Part shown: positions 53,449-62,339 of the stretch, piece by piece
Position numbering within the stretch: position 1 is the stretch's first letter
Layout: every line of letters begins with the position of its first letter
Notes under the pieces: generated by a model
What the model saw: the letters and a program-made list of their open reading frames with translations, nothing else
Databases searched by the model: none
Told to the model about the DNA's origin: nothing
Made by a program: the position numbers and the translations under genes
Assembly: GCA_977020255.1 (NCBI GenBank)
Contig: CDROCS010000506.1
Span: 124,001-188,000, forward strand
Source of the DNA: Obrimoposthia wandeli
Lineage: Eukaryota
Length of the DNA: 64,000 bases
Direction of reading: 5' to 3'

Positions 53449-53973
53449 ATGTACCAGTTTATTTCTAACCTTCCAAAACAACGCCTTCCTTGGGTTTTGC
53501 TTGCGCTTACCGGCATGGGATTAGAAGCATCAGCGCTGTTTTTCCAATATGTGATGGAACTACAGCCTTGTGTATTATGCGTTTATGAACGAGTCGCCAT
53601 GATGGGGATTATTTTAGCGGGCTTAGTGGGTGCAATAGCACCAGCGAATCCATTCATACGTTTCAGTGGTTTTGCATTATGGTTTGTCAGTGCTATCTAC
53701 AGCTTGAGCATTGCCATGGAACACGTGGATATTCAGCTTAATCCATCACCATTTTCGACATGTGACTTCTTCCCTAATTTCCCAAGCTGGGCACCATTAC
53801 ATGAGTGGGCTCCGTGGTTGTTTAATCCAACCGGATTTTGTGATGAAATTAGCTGGCAGTTCTTGTCCTATACCATGCCACAATGGTTAATTGTAACCTC
53901 AGCAATTTACTTAGCTGTTGCAGTTGTGGTATTTAGTTGCCATATTGTTGGCCTAATTAAAGCAGCTAAATAA
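53449..53973 (+). CDS. dsbB: Disulfide bond formation protein DsbB
   Basis: PCVLCVYER, TCDF...P.W and C-EISWQFL motifs. Confidence 0.96.
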   Translation: MYQFISNLPKQRLPWVLLALTGMGLEASALFFQYVMELQPCVLCVYERVAMMGIILAGLVGAIAPANPFIRFSGFALWFVSAIYSLSIAMEHVDIQLNPSPFSTCDFFPNFPSWAPLHEWAPWLFNPTGFCDEISWQFLSYTMPQWLIVTSAIYLAVAVVVFSCHIVGLIKAAK

Positions 53974-53986
53974 CAAGGGAATCGTA

Positions 53987-54295
53987 ATGAGTAAATCTGA
54001 ATTAACGCAAGCTCAACAAGATCAACTGGACGCGAAAGTATTACAACGTTTATTAACGCATTTAGATGATAACAAACAAGTTCAAAATATTGATTTAATG
54101 ATCCTTGCTGATTTTTGCCGAAATTGCTTAGGTAAATGGTATAAATCTGCAGCGGATGAGCTTGAGCTAGATGTCTCTGCCGATGAAGCAAGAGAACGTA
54201 TCTACGGTATGACGTATGCGGAATGGAAAGAAAACCATCAGCTACCAGCAACTGAAGCACAGCTTGCTGCGTTTAATGCTAAACCGAAAAAGTAA
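53987..54295 (+). CDS. DUF1244 family protein
   Basis: VQNIDLMILADFCRNCL.KWY and RERIYGMTY.EWK motifs. Confidence 0.85.
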   Translation: MSKSELTQAQQDQLDAKVLQRLLTHLDDNKQVQNIDLMILADFCRNCLGKWYKSAADELELDVSADEARERIYGMTYAEWKENHQLPATEAQLAAFNAKPKK

Positions 54296-54333
54296 TCGAG
54301 TCTCCATGCGTTAAATGGTGAACTTGTGATACT

Positions 54334-54371
54334 AAAAAGGGCGAATAAACTTAACGTTTACTCGCCCTTTT
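54334..54371. terminator. Bidirectional terminator
   Basis: AAAAGGGCGA...TCGCCCTTTT. Confidence 0.8.
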
Positions 54372-54398
54372 CTATAATGACGGTATTAATCGACGTGA

Positions 54399-54680
54399 TT
54401 AACCATATTGACAAAGATACGCTGTTTCTTGCACGACTTTAACTTGAAACTTACTGTCGCTAGCAACATGAAATTGCTCACCAGCATTAAATGTTTGCCA
54501 TTCAGATTGTCCAGGCAACAATACTGTTAGCGCTCCAGTAATTACGATCATCACTTCAGCTAAGGCCGTCCCGAATTCATATTCGCCAACAGCCATCACG
54601 CCAACACTTGCTTCTTTATCCGCTTCTTTAAAACCAATTGAAGCAACTTGACCATCAAAATACTGATTTATCTTAAACAT
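54399..54680 (-). CDS. ppnP: Pyrimidine/purine nucleoside phosphorylase (YaiE)
   Basis: N.YFDG.V.SI, SVGVM..GEYEFGT and AYLC motifs. Confidence 0.92.
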   Translation of the reverse strand: MFKINQYFDGQVASIGFKEADKEASVGVMAVGEYEFGTALAEVMIVITGALTVLLPGQSEWQTFNAGEQFHVASDSKFQVKVVQETAYLCQYG

Positions 54681-54819
54681 CTAAAATCCTTTTATACGAT
54701 TAACTAATCTCTTAGTCATCAGAATAACTGAAAAAATGTCTGATTAACAGTACCCCTAAATCAAAGGTTCAATAGCCTAAGGCAAAGCGCCATCCGCTAA
54801 GCAAGATAATTGGATAGCG

Positions 54820-56037
54820 TTAAAAGTTATAATAACCAGTAAGCTGGATCATATTGTCATCATTGTAGGTTTTATTGGCGTAATCATCATCGCTCACGTT
54901 AAACCACCAACCTTCAAGACCCACTGAAAGTTTTTTAGTGACATTTACTTTGGCCTGAACAAAACCATGCTGAGAACTAAAGTCAAAGTCATAGTTATGA
55001 CCGAGCAGTATTTCGCTATCATTTAAGCCAAACAAGGTGATTCTTGCACCCGCAAATAGGTCATTTTGAAAACTATTATCAAAGGCGTCAACACCATGTT
55101 GATCCCAGCTATATTCAGCAAGTAAGTTAATACCCACATTTTTATTTTGTATTAGTTTAAACTCAGTGCCTAACACCATAGCGCGCGTAGATTGGTCTTC
55201 AACAACCTTATAAAGTACTTCCGCTTTTAATTCGATCCGCCCCAAATCTGCGTTAACGTCTACCGATACTTGGTCAACTAAATTAACATACCAAACTGGA
55301 TCGCCGACGGTTTGACTCAGTAATTCCGGCGTACGAGTATGTCCGCCAAAGTAGCTCACACCAAGATCAATATTTTTAATACTCTTACTATAACGCAGGG
55401 CAATATCAGGATGGTATTCTTCACCCCAACCTTCATATTCATAGCTATAATCATTCTCAAAACTAAAACGAGCACCAGGTGTTGGCATCGCAGCCTCACG
55501 ATAGCCAATCAATAACATAGCTTCAAGTAGCGCATCGTTTAAATTAATGCCCAACCTAAGCATGGGCTGACCCAGCTTATCTTCTCCGTTAGGTGATTCG
55601 TTATAATCGGTTTGATTAACAATATCGACTAAATGGTGGTTTTCCATCACTCCCCAATAAACTTGGTCAAAACCGATAGACGCTTGCCATTTTTTAGTCA
55701 CAAGAGCCGCTTTGAACTCTCTTAAGTCAATATGCGTACGTTCATCATCACGCTCATCAATCCGAATAAACGGGTGCACTGTATACACCATATTATTACG
55801 CTCTGAAGAAGCTTCCACATGCGGTGATAAAGCAGCAGATATTTGATGATACACAGGATAAGGGTAATCACTATCTACTGGGTTTAACGGCTGTTCAGGT
55901 GTGTCCAGAAATAAACGTTGCTCCAAGCTTGCACTTCCCTTCACTTTTATTTCAGCGTTAACACTTGTGATAACACTCGTCGTTATAAAGCCTAAGGTAA
56001 TTAACCCACAGCATTTTATCAATGATTTCAATTCCAT
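54820..56037 (-). CDS. Predicted outer-membrane beta-barrel protein
   Basis: Signal peptide, alternating aromatic strands, C-terminal GYYNF; VYWGVMENHHLVDIVNQTD...EDKLGQPM motif. Confidence 0.75.
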   Translation of the reverse strand: MELKSLIKCCGLITLGFITTSVITSVNAEIKVKGSASLEQRLFLDTPEQPLNPVDSDYPYPVYHQISAALSPHVEASSERNNMVYTVHPFIRIDERDDERTHIDLREFKAALVTKKWQASIGFDQVYWGVMENHHLVDIVNQTDYNESPNGEDKLGQPMLRLGINLNDALLEAMLLIGYREAAMPTPGARFSFENDYSYEYEGWGEEYHPDIALRYSKSIKNIDLGVSYFGGHTRTPELLSQTVGDPVWYVNLVDQVSVDVNADLGRIELKAEVLYKVVEDQSTRAMVLGTEFKLIQNKNVGINLLAEYSWDQHGVDAFDNSFQNDLFAGARITLFGLNDSEILLGHNYDFDFSSQHGFVQAKVNVTKKLSVGLEGWWFNVSDDDYANKTYNDDNMIQLTGYYNF

Positions 56038-56319
56038 TCCCCATCAAAGAAAGCAGTAACTAGGGCGAAGTAATAAACAACGGTCCTTGTTGTCTTATTT
56101 ATACGTATACAATTCTCCTTAGTATGTCTTTATATGCTTACACGAAGCAATTTTTTTAACTAAAACCATACTCATCTACATCTCAACGCTAATACTGCAT
56201 AGCCATTAATCATGAGTTGAAAACAAACTTAAGCATTAAATAGAGCTTTAACATAATTTATTGGTATAATTTATGCTTAACGTTATTTATTAACACACAA
56301 GACAAGTAACGACGTAAAA

Positions 56320-57297
56320 ATGACACAAGGAAAATTCATGCGCTTTAAGTTATGCGGCATTATTTTATTGGCTTTTAGCCAAATCAATTATAGTTTTGCC
56401 AGCGGCTGGTTATTTGGCATGCATAATGACGTTATCTCGAATGAAGATGGCAATTATACCAATGCTGTATTTATTAATTACACCTCAGAAGCACCGGCTT
56501 TAAATAATCAATTTTGGCAAGCATTAACCGCTTTTGATCCCAATGCCCTTAAATACGCAGTGAATTATCAATTCGGTCAGCAAATGTGGACGCCTAGTGA
56601 TATATCAGCAACAACCCCACAACCTAACGAACGTCCCTATGCCGGATTGTTATTTGGCGAAGCAAGCGTATTAGGTTACAGCACCGTAAGTTCTTATCGC
56701 CTGTCATTATTATTTGGCGCGGTTGGCGAACAATCAAGAGCAGGTGATACTCAAAAATATATTCATGAATTAATCGATGCAACGACACCACAGGGCTGGG
56801 ACAATCAAGTTGAAGATGAGCTTGTGTACCAAGTTACAGCTGAGGCAGATCAACTCATAGGCCGCCCTCTCATGCTCATTGGCGAATCCGATCTGTCAGT
56901 TTACCAACGTCTTGCAGTAGGTAATTATCAAAGTGAAGCAGCATTCGGCAGTACTGTGCGCTGGGGTGTTGATTTAGGTGCCAATTATAACAACCTCAGT
57001 CTGCACCCTCACCGCTTGCAAGGTATGTTATTAGCACCAAATAGTTCTGGCATCATGCTTTATGCGACAGCAGAGGTTCGTTATCGTTTTAATGATATAA
57101 CTATCGAAGGTGATACGCCCGATGCTGTACCTGAGGTAACGTTAAACAACCTGCAAGGTACACTTGCTGCAGGTTTACTCGCTTATTATCATAATGTGGG
57201 CGTTAAGTTCAGTGTTGTCGCAATGAGTCCCGACTTCGAAGAAGACGCACATGAGGAATATATCGTCGGCAGTTTGGGCCTATTCTGGCAGTTTTAG
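56320..57297 (+). CDS. Lipid A 3-O-deacylase LpxR-like / DUF2219 outer-membrane protein
   Basis: NDV...DGNYTN, GQQMWTP, NERPYAG, QKYIH and GWDNQ motifs; C-terminal WQF. Confidence 0.85.
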   Translation: MTQGKFMRFKLCGIILLAFSQINYSFASGWLFGMHNDVISNEDGNYTNAVFINYTSEAPALNNQFWQALTAFDPNALKYAVNYQFGQQMWTPSDISATTPQPNERPYAGLLFGEASVLGYSTVSSYRLSLLFGAVGEQSRAGDTQKYIHELIDATTPQGWDNQVEDELVYQVTAEADQLIGRPLMLIGESDLSVYQRLAVGNYQSEAAFGSTVRWGVDLGANYNNLSLHPHRLQGMLLAPNSSGIMLYATAEVRYRFNDITIEGDTPDAVPEVTLNNLQGTLAAGLLAYYHNVGVKFSVVAMSPDFEEDAHEEYIVGSLGLFWQF

Positions 57298-57427
57298 CCA
57301 AAGTTTATTCTACAATGTATGAATTGTGCACATTTAAAAAAATACTAGAAAGTAGATATATGTTACTAATTTCCCGTGTTAACATGCTTGCAAATTAGTC
57401 ATTTTTCTGCCTTAAAGATATATTTAC

Positions 57428-58471
57428 ATGCATGATTCTTCATTAACATATACTCGCCGCCCTAAAGGCACCCTTGCAATGTGTAGCTTGTATGCCTTTA
57501 CTGGCGCAGCGATCGCGGCCTCGGTTATATTCTCATTGCTGCTATTTTTATCTATTCACGATAAATTACTCATGCAAATTTTATTCGGTAGCTTAGCGGT
57601 CATCTTCGAATTAGGTAAATTCTTTGCTTGGTATGAATTTGGTGAACGCATTGCCCGTAAAGCATTTCATGCCGCAATCATTGCGCTTGGCTTCTATTGT
57701 ATTCTCGCCATTATTTCGATAGGCGGTAGTATCGGCGGTATCAACAGTGCAACCAATGTCGCCCAACAATATGTTGATAAGCGTGAAAGTAAAGTAAATG
57801 CTGTCAATCAGCAAATACTCGCTATCGACGCTGAAATTGCACTAAATAATAAAGCTGCAGATAAATACCTCGAATTAAAAATGATCTCGATTGGTGTTAC
57901 ACGTATTCAGAATGAAAACCAAATACTACGTGAACAACAAACACAGCTTCGAATTGAACGTGATAATGTGCCTGTCGCTGAAAATGGCTCGGTTATTAGT
58001 TTGATCGCAAGTCTTGCTAAAATTCTCAATACCACGACTGAAAATGCACAATCTTGGTTAGTCATATTCTTATCGGTATTACTGGATATTTTTGCCGCAT
58101 TCTTTGTGGGTTTGATTGGTGAAGAACTGCGTTTCCGTCATTCAATCGTCCGTAAGAAAAATCAAGAAAAAGCCGATAAAGCTGAACGTTTACACTTGTT
58201 AGCAACACAAAACTATATTGAAATTGAAGCACCGCCACAAATTGAAGACCAACCGTTACTGATTGAAAAACAGATGTCAGTAACGTCACTCGCGGTCTTA
58301 AAAGCAACACAAGAGCAAGACTTGAGATGCTCTAAGAAGCACATTGCTGAAGTATTAAAACTCAGTGCTGAAGACATAGAGCATGTCTTTGAAGAATTCT
58401 TATCATTTGGTGTCGTAGAAAGAAAACGTAACAACCATTTACGTTGGATAAGACAAGCGGATGTAGCTTAA
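57428..58471 (+). CDS. Uncharacterised membrane protein: TM bundle, coiled coil, TM, C-terminal winged-helix-like domain
   Basis: Hydrophobic segments at the N-terminus and around residue 210, heptad-rich middle, C-terminal SKKHIAEVLKLS...FEEFLSFGVVERK. Confidence 0.7.
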   Translation: MHDSSLTYTRRPKGTLAMCSLYAFTGAAIAASVIFSLLLFLSIHDKLLMQILFGSLAVIFELGKFFAWYEFGERIARKAFHAAIIALGFYCILAIISIGGSIGGINSATNVAQQYVDKRESKVNAVNQQILAIDAEIALNNKAADKYLELKMISIGVTRIQNENQILREQQTQLRIERDNVPVAENGSVISLIASLAKILNTTTENAQSWLVIFLSVLLDIFAAFFVGLIGEELRFRHSIVRKKNQEKADKAERLHLLATQNYIEIEAPPQIEDQPLLIEKQMSVTSLAVLKATQEQDLRCSKKHIAEVLKLSAEDIEHVFEEFLSFGVVERKRNNHLRWIRQADVA

Positions 58472-58737
58472 CCCGCTATATTCCTCGGTAACGATATCCC
58501 TTATCGAGCTTGTTATATCCATACAGAGCTTGCTCTATCTCTAGATAGCTTTCGATGCACTAGATAACATAGATATTCTATAAATATTTAAGCTAATTCA
58601 ACACAAAACGTTAATTATGATTGTGTTGAATTAGTCTATCGCGCTATAAATCCCACCTTCGCTGTATTAATATTTTCATCCTTGCTAACATAGCCTGTAG
58701 ATTACACTTCCCATTCTTGATTTATGAGTCAGCCCGA

Positions 58738-59442
58738 ATGATTAAACAACAATTACATATTGCCCTCGTTGAAGATGAAATAAATATCGCAGAGAATTAT
58801 CGTGATGCATTACAACGAATCGGCTATCGGGTTTCCATTTTTCATAACCGTCAAGATGCGCTCACCGCTTTTGCACTCGCATTACCAGATATGGCGATCA
58901 TTGATGTCGGCTTGCAAGATGAATATGAAGGTGGTTTCGAGCTATGTCGTACATTGCGCCAACTTTCAGATACCCTACCGATTATATTTTTAACCGCGAG
59001 AAACAGCGAACTTGACGAAATATCAGCATTACGCCTTGGCGCTGATGATTACTTAACCAAAGACGTTAGTATTCATCAAGTTTTAGCCCGTGTTGCCGCG
59101 CTGTTTCGCCGTATTCAAGCATTAAAAAAGCCCCAATCTAGCGACGAACAAGTACTCAACCGAGGCGCATTGCGGATCAATGTTGAGCGTATTGAAACAT
59201 CCTGGCAAGATCAGCCTGTGATGCTTACGTTAACCGAATTTTGGATTGTCCATACCCTTGCTAAATACCCAGGTCAGGTTAAAAACCGTGATCAACTCAT
59301 GGATGCTGCGCACGTGGTGTTAGATAACAATACCATCACCACACACATCAAGCGCATCCGCAAAAAATTCAGTTATATCGATAGCGAATTCAATGCGATT
59401 AAAACAGCTTACGGTATGGGTTATCGCTGGGTTATTGAGTGA
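58738..59442 (+). CDS. pdsR: OmpR-family response regulator of the proteobacterial dedicated sortase system type
   Basis: IALVEDE..IAENY.DAL, IIDVGL..EYEGGFELC, FLTAR.SELD, LRLGADDYLTKD and KRIRKKF as recalled for PdsR. Confidence 0.8.
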   Translation: MIKQQLHIALVEDEINIAENYRDALQRIGYRVSIFHNRQDALTAFALALPDMAIIDVGLQDEYEGGFELCRTLRQLSDTLPIIFLTARNSELDEISALRLGADDYLTKDVSIHQVLARVAALFRRIQALKKPQSSDEQVLNRGALRINVERIETSWQDQPVMLTLTEFWIVHTLAKYPGQVKNRDQLMDAAHVVLDNNTITTHIKRIRKKFSYIDSEFNAIKTAYGMGYRWVIE

Positions 59443-61511
59443 AATTTCACTTTAACCTAAAAACGCAATTATTCTTTGTTGCCAGCTTAATGTTATTACT
59501 GCCTTGGGCTGGTTGTCAGAGTGTCAGTATTTTGGAAACCAGTTTACGCCAAAGCCACAGCCAGTTACTTGACGTGCAAATGGCTGCGGCAGCACAACAA
59601 CTGCAACGCAAACTAAAGCAATCACAACATGCCAACTTTAATACCAATCAAGGTAACTATTACGCTCCCCTCACTGACAGTAAAATGTTATTGGATGGAT
59701 TTGATGGTGAAGAAAGTGATTGGGAGAATATAACCACCCCTTGGTTTCAGCTTAATACTTATGGCTACGTGGCCAAATTAGCCGCAGTAACAACCCCCGC
59801 TACCACGGTAAAATTTAAGTTAGCCGCCAATGATAAATTACTCTATATCTTTATTCAGACCTCGGCACTGACCCCGCATTATTATAATCCAACGCAACCG
59901 CAACGATCTGCAGATCAGCTTAATATCCGCAGTATCAACAACACAGGTCTTATTTCACAGTGGCAGATTAACCCACAAGGTTCTGGTCGTGTAGAAATGC
60001 ATAACACCGCTCAGGCTATAACAACCAGCCGAGATGCGGGTTCATGGGTATGGCGCGATGGTCACTACACGATAGAAATTGCAATCCCAATTAACTTAGC
60101 CAGTAATGCCATTGGTTTTGATCTCATCCTTAATGACTATCAGATAAATCAACACTTTAAATCGATACCGAGCACGACTTACGAGCGCATTCTTGTGCGT
60201 GAAAAATTGGATTTAAACCACCAGCTTGCGAACTATCAACAACCTGGCCTGAGTTTATATTTGCTCAATAGCCAATATTGGTTGGTTGGGCAACTCAATG
60301 CAGAGCAAATGATGAATGACGCAGAGGGGGATATTCATAGCGACCAAGCAGATTCATCTTGGTTCAGCAACGCCATCTACAACAAGTTATTTACCTCAGA
60401 CTCATTACCTTATTGGCGAGAACCAACTAGCTTAGGTCGCTGGATATCACCACAGCAGCTAGGACAAACAATCTGGTATCAAGACTCACCGATTAATAAG
60501 CAACAACACAGTAAAACCATCATCATTGACGGCCAACCATTCTATTTTATCGCCGTACAAGATTCACGACAAAGCTTACTGTCAGCAAGTAAAGCCTTAA
60601 ACCAACTGTTAATTTTACTGTTTACTATTATCGCCATTATAGTCTCAGTATTATTTGCTTTTGCATCACTACTATCATGGCGTATTGTCAAAATGAAACA
60701 AAATTACCGTGACGCTATTGATAGTGACGGTAAGATAATGGCGGTACCTAACGCCAGTAAACTGCCAGACGAACTGGGTGACTTATCCCGTGTAATGCAG
60801 CAGCTAACCGTCAACCAAGGTAAGTACACCGATTACCTTGCTTCACTGGCCGATAAACTGTCGCATGAATTAAAAACACCAGTGGCCGTTATTCGCACAT
60901 CGTTGGAAAATCTTGAGCTATCCAACTTAGATCCTGAAGCAACAAAATACCTGACCCGTGCCATGCAAGGTACTAACCGCCTAAGCCAAACATTAAATGC
61001 CCTGAGTGAAGCCAATAAACTAGAACAAAGTTTTGAATATGCGCAATGGCAAGTCGTGCCGTTTGACGATATGTTAGAAGAATTAACAGAGGCTTATCGC
61101 CAAATTTATAGCCATCATCAATTTCAATTAAGCTATGATAAAAGTGATGCTAAAAACAAACAGTACGCGATAAATTTAGCCCCTGAACTCATCGTCCAAT
61201 TACTCGATAAACTCATCAGTAATGCCGTTGATTATGCGCCTGTAGACCAGCCGATTCGCTTTACGCTAACGAAGCAAGACACCCAACTGCAACTCTCGGT
61301 CGAAAACCAAGGGCCACACTTTAGCAGTGATAATATCCCGCAACTGTTTGACTCTATGGTTTCCAATCGTGCGCAATCAGCTACCCCGCACCTAGGACTC
61401 GGATTGCACATCGTTAAGTTAATCAGTGACTTTCATCACGGTAAAATAACCGCAGAAAACTTATCCGGTGAAAAAGGCGTTATATTTAAGCTATTATTAC
61501 CTATAGAATAG
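59439..61511 (+). CDS. pdsS: Sensor histidine kinase, PdsS type
   Basis: GTGA overlap with pdsR; large periplasmic domain, HAMP, H-box LSHELKTPVAVIRTSLENL, NAVDY, HLGLGLHIV. Confidence 0.8.
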   Translation: MKFHFNLKTQLFFVASLMLLLPWAGCQSVSILETSLRQSHSQLLDVQMAAAAQQLQRKLKQSQHANFNTNQGNYYAPLTDSKMLLDGFDGEESDWENITTPWFQLNTYGYVAKLAAVTTPATTVKFKLAANDKLLYIFIQTSALTPHYYNPTQPQRSADQLNIRSINNTGLISQWQINPQGSGRVEMHNTAQAITTSRDAGSWVWRDGHYTIEIAIPINLASNAIGFDLILNDYQINQHFKSIPSTTYERILVREKLDLNHQLANYQQPGLSLYLLNSQYWLVGQLNAEQMMNDAEGDIHSDQADSSWFSNAIYNKLFTSDSLPYWREPTSLGRWISPQQLGQTIWYQDSPINKQQHSKTIIIDGQPFYFIAVQDSRQSLLSASKALNQLLILLFTIIAIIVSVLFAFASLLSWRIVKMKQNYRDAIDSDGKIMAVPNASKLPDELGDLSRVMQQLTVNQGKYTDYLASLADKLSHELKTPVAVIRTSLENLELSNLDPEATKYLTRAMQGTNRLSQTLNALSEANKLEQSFEYAQWQVVPFDDMLEELTEAYRQIYSHHQFQLSYDKSDAKNKQYAINLAPELIVQLLDKLISNAVDYAPVDQPIRFTLTKQDTQLQLSVENQGPHFSSDNIPQLFDSMVSNRAQSATPHLGLGLHIVKLISDFHHGKITAENLSGEKGVIFKLLLPIE

Positions 61512-61574
61512 TTAAGTGAGTAGAGAGATATAAATTAATAAATAAACAGATAGATAACTTATAAAGAGGTATGC

Positions 61575-62234
61575 ATGCTAATACGACCTATCGCAAAACG
61601 TAATGGTATGACGTTTACTATTGTTGCTGCTGTACTTATCTTCAGCAGTATTATCGCCCTACTCTCAATCGCTAACAACAACAGCCTCTACTTTCCATTA
61701 TTCGCTGGCTCGTTGGTTGTCGGGTTCATCCTATTACTTGTTGGCATAGTTAAAATAAATGATGTCGATTATCGTTTTTCGTTAACCAACGAAGGTATTC
61801 ATTACTTCACCTCTCGAGGTGGCTTCACCATCCTCTGGCAAGATATACAACGAATTGATATACCAAGAATAAATGATGGGTTAGCACTAAAAGACTTACC
61901 TTACATTGGTATTCGTCTCAACCAACGAGAAAATCTTATTAACAGCGCTTCATTACCCACCCTCTCACACATGTTACTAGAACAGCGTGCGCTGATCATG
62001 CTCACAGATCCCAACTCTACATTGTATGGCAATGCTGACAACATGCTTTATCCCAACATAAAAGTGACCCACAAATATAAAGGGTTACAGGCTATGTTTA
62101 TCAATCGAATGCACTACCTTCACGATACCCTAGGTTATGATATTTACTTTCCCGAAGATGATCTTGACCGCCCCCCAGCAGAGTTTGTCACGTTACTGCG
62201 TCAATTTAAAACACATTGTCCTAGATCAGTGTAA
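61575..62234 (+). CDS. DUF2982-like membrane protein
   Basis: KRNGMT, two TM segments, W..I.RIDIPR, LPYIGIRL and DLDR motifs. Confidence 0.75.
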   Translation: MLIRPIAKRNGMTFTIVAAVLIFSSIIALLSIANNNSLYFPLFAGSLVVGFILLLVGIVKINDVDYRFSLTNEGIHYFTSRGGFTILWQDIQRIDIPRINDGLALKDLPYIGIRLNQRENLINSASLPTLSHMLLEQRALIMLTDPNSTLYGNADNMLYPNIKVTHKYKGLQAMFINRMHYLHDTLGYDIYFPEDDLDRPPAEFVTLLRQFKTHCPRSV

Positions 62235-62301
62235 ATGGTAATAATTATCAATTAGACTTGCATTAAATATTTTTATATGGATAATACGAACTATTCTCAT
62301 T
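62234..62301 (+). promoter_or_regulatory. Two Fur-like boxes
   Basis: AATGGTAATAATTATCAAT (62234-62252, 16/18 to AATGATAATnATTATCATT) and AATACGAACTATTCTCATT (62283-62301, 14/18 on the reverse strand). Confidence 0.75.
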
Positions 62302-62339
62302 AAGACATAGTCTATTATAAAAAATAAAAAGGATTTGTT

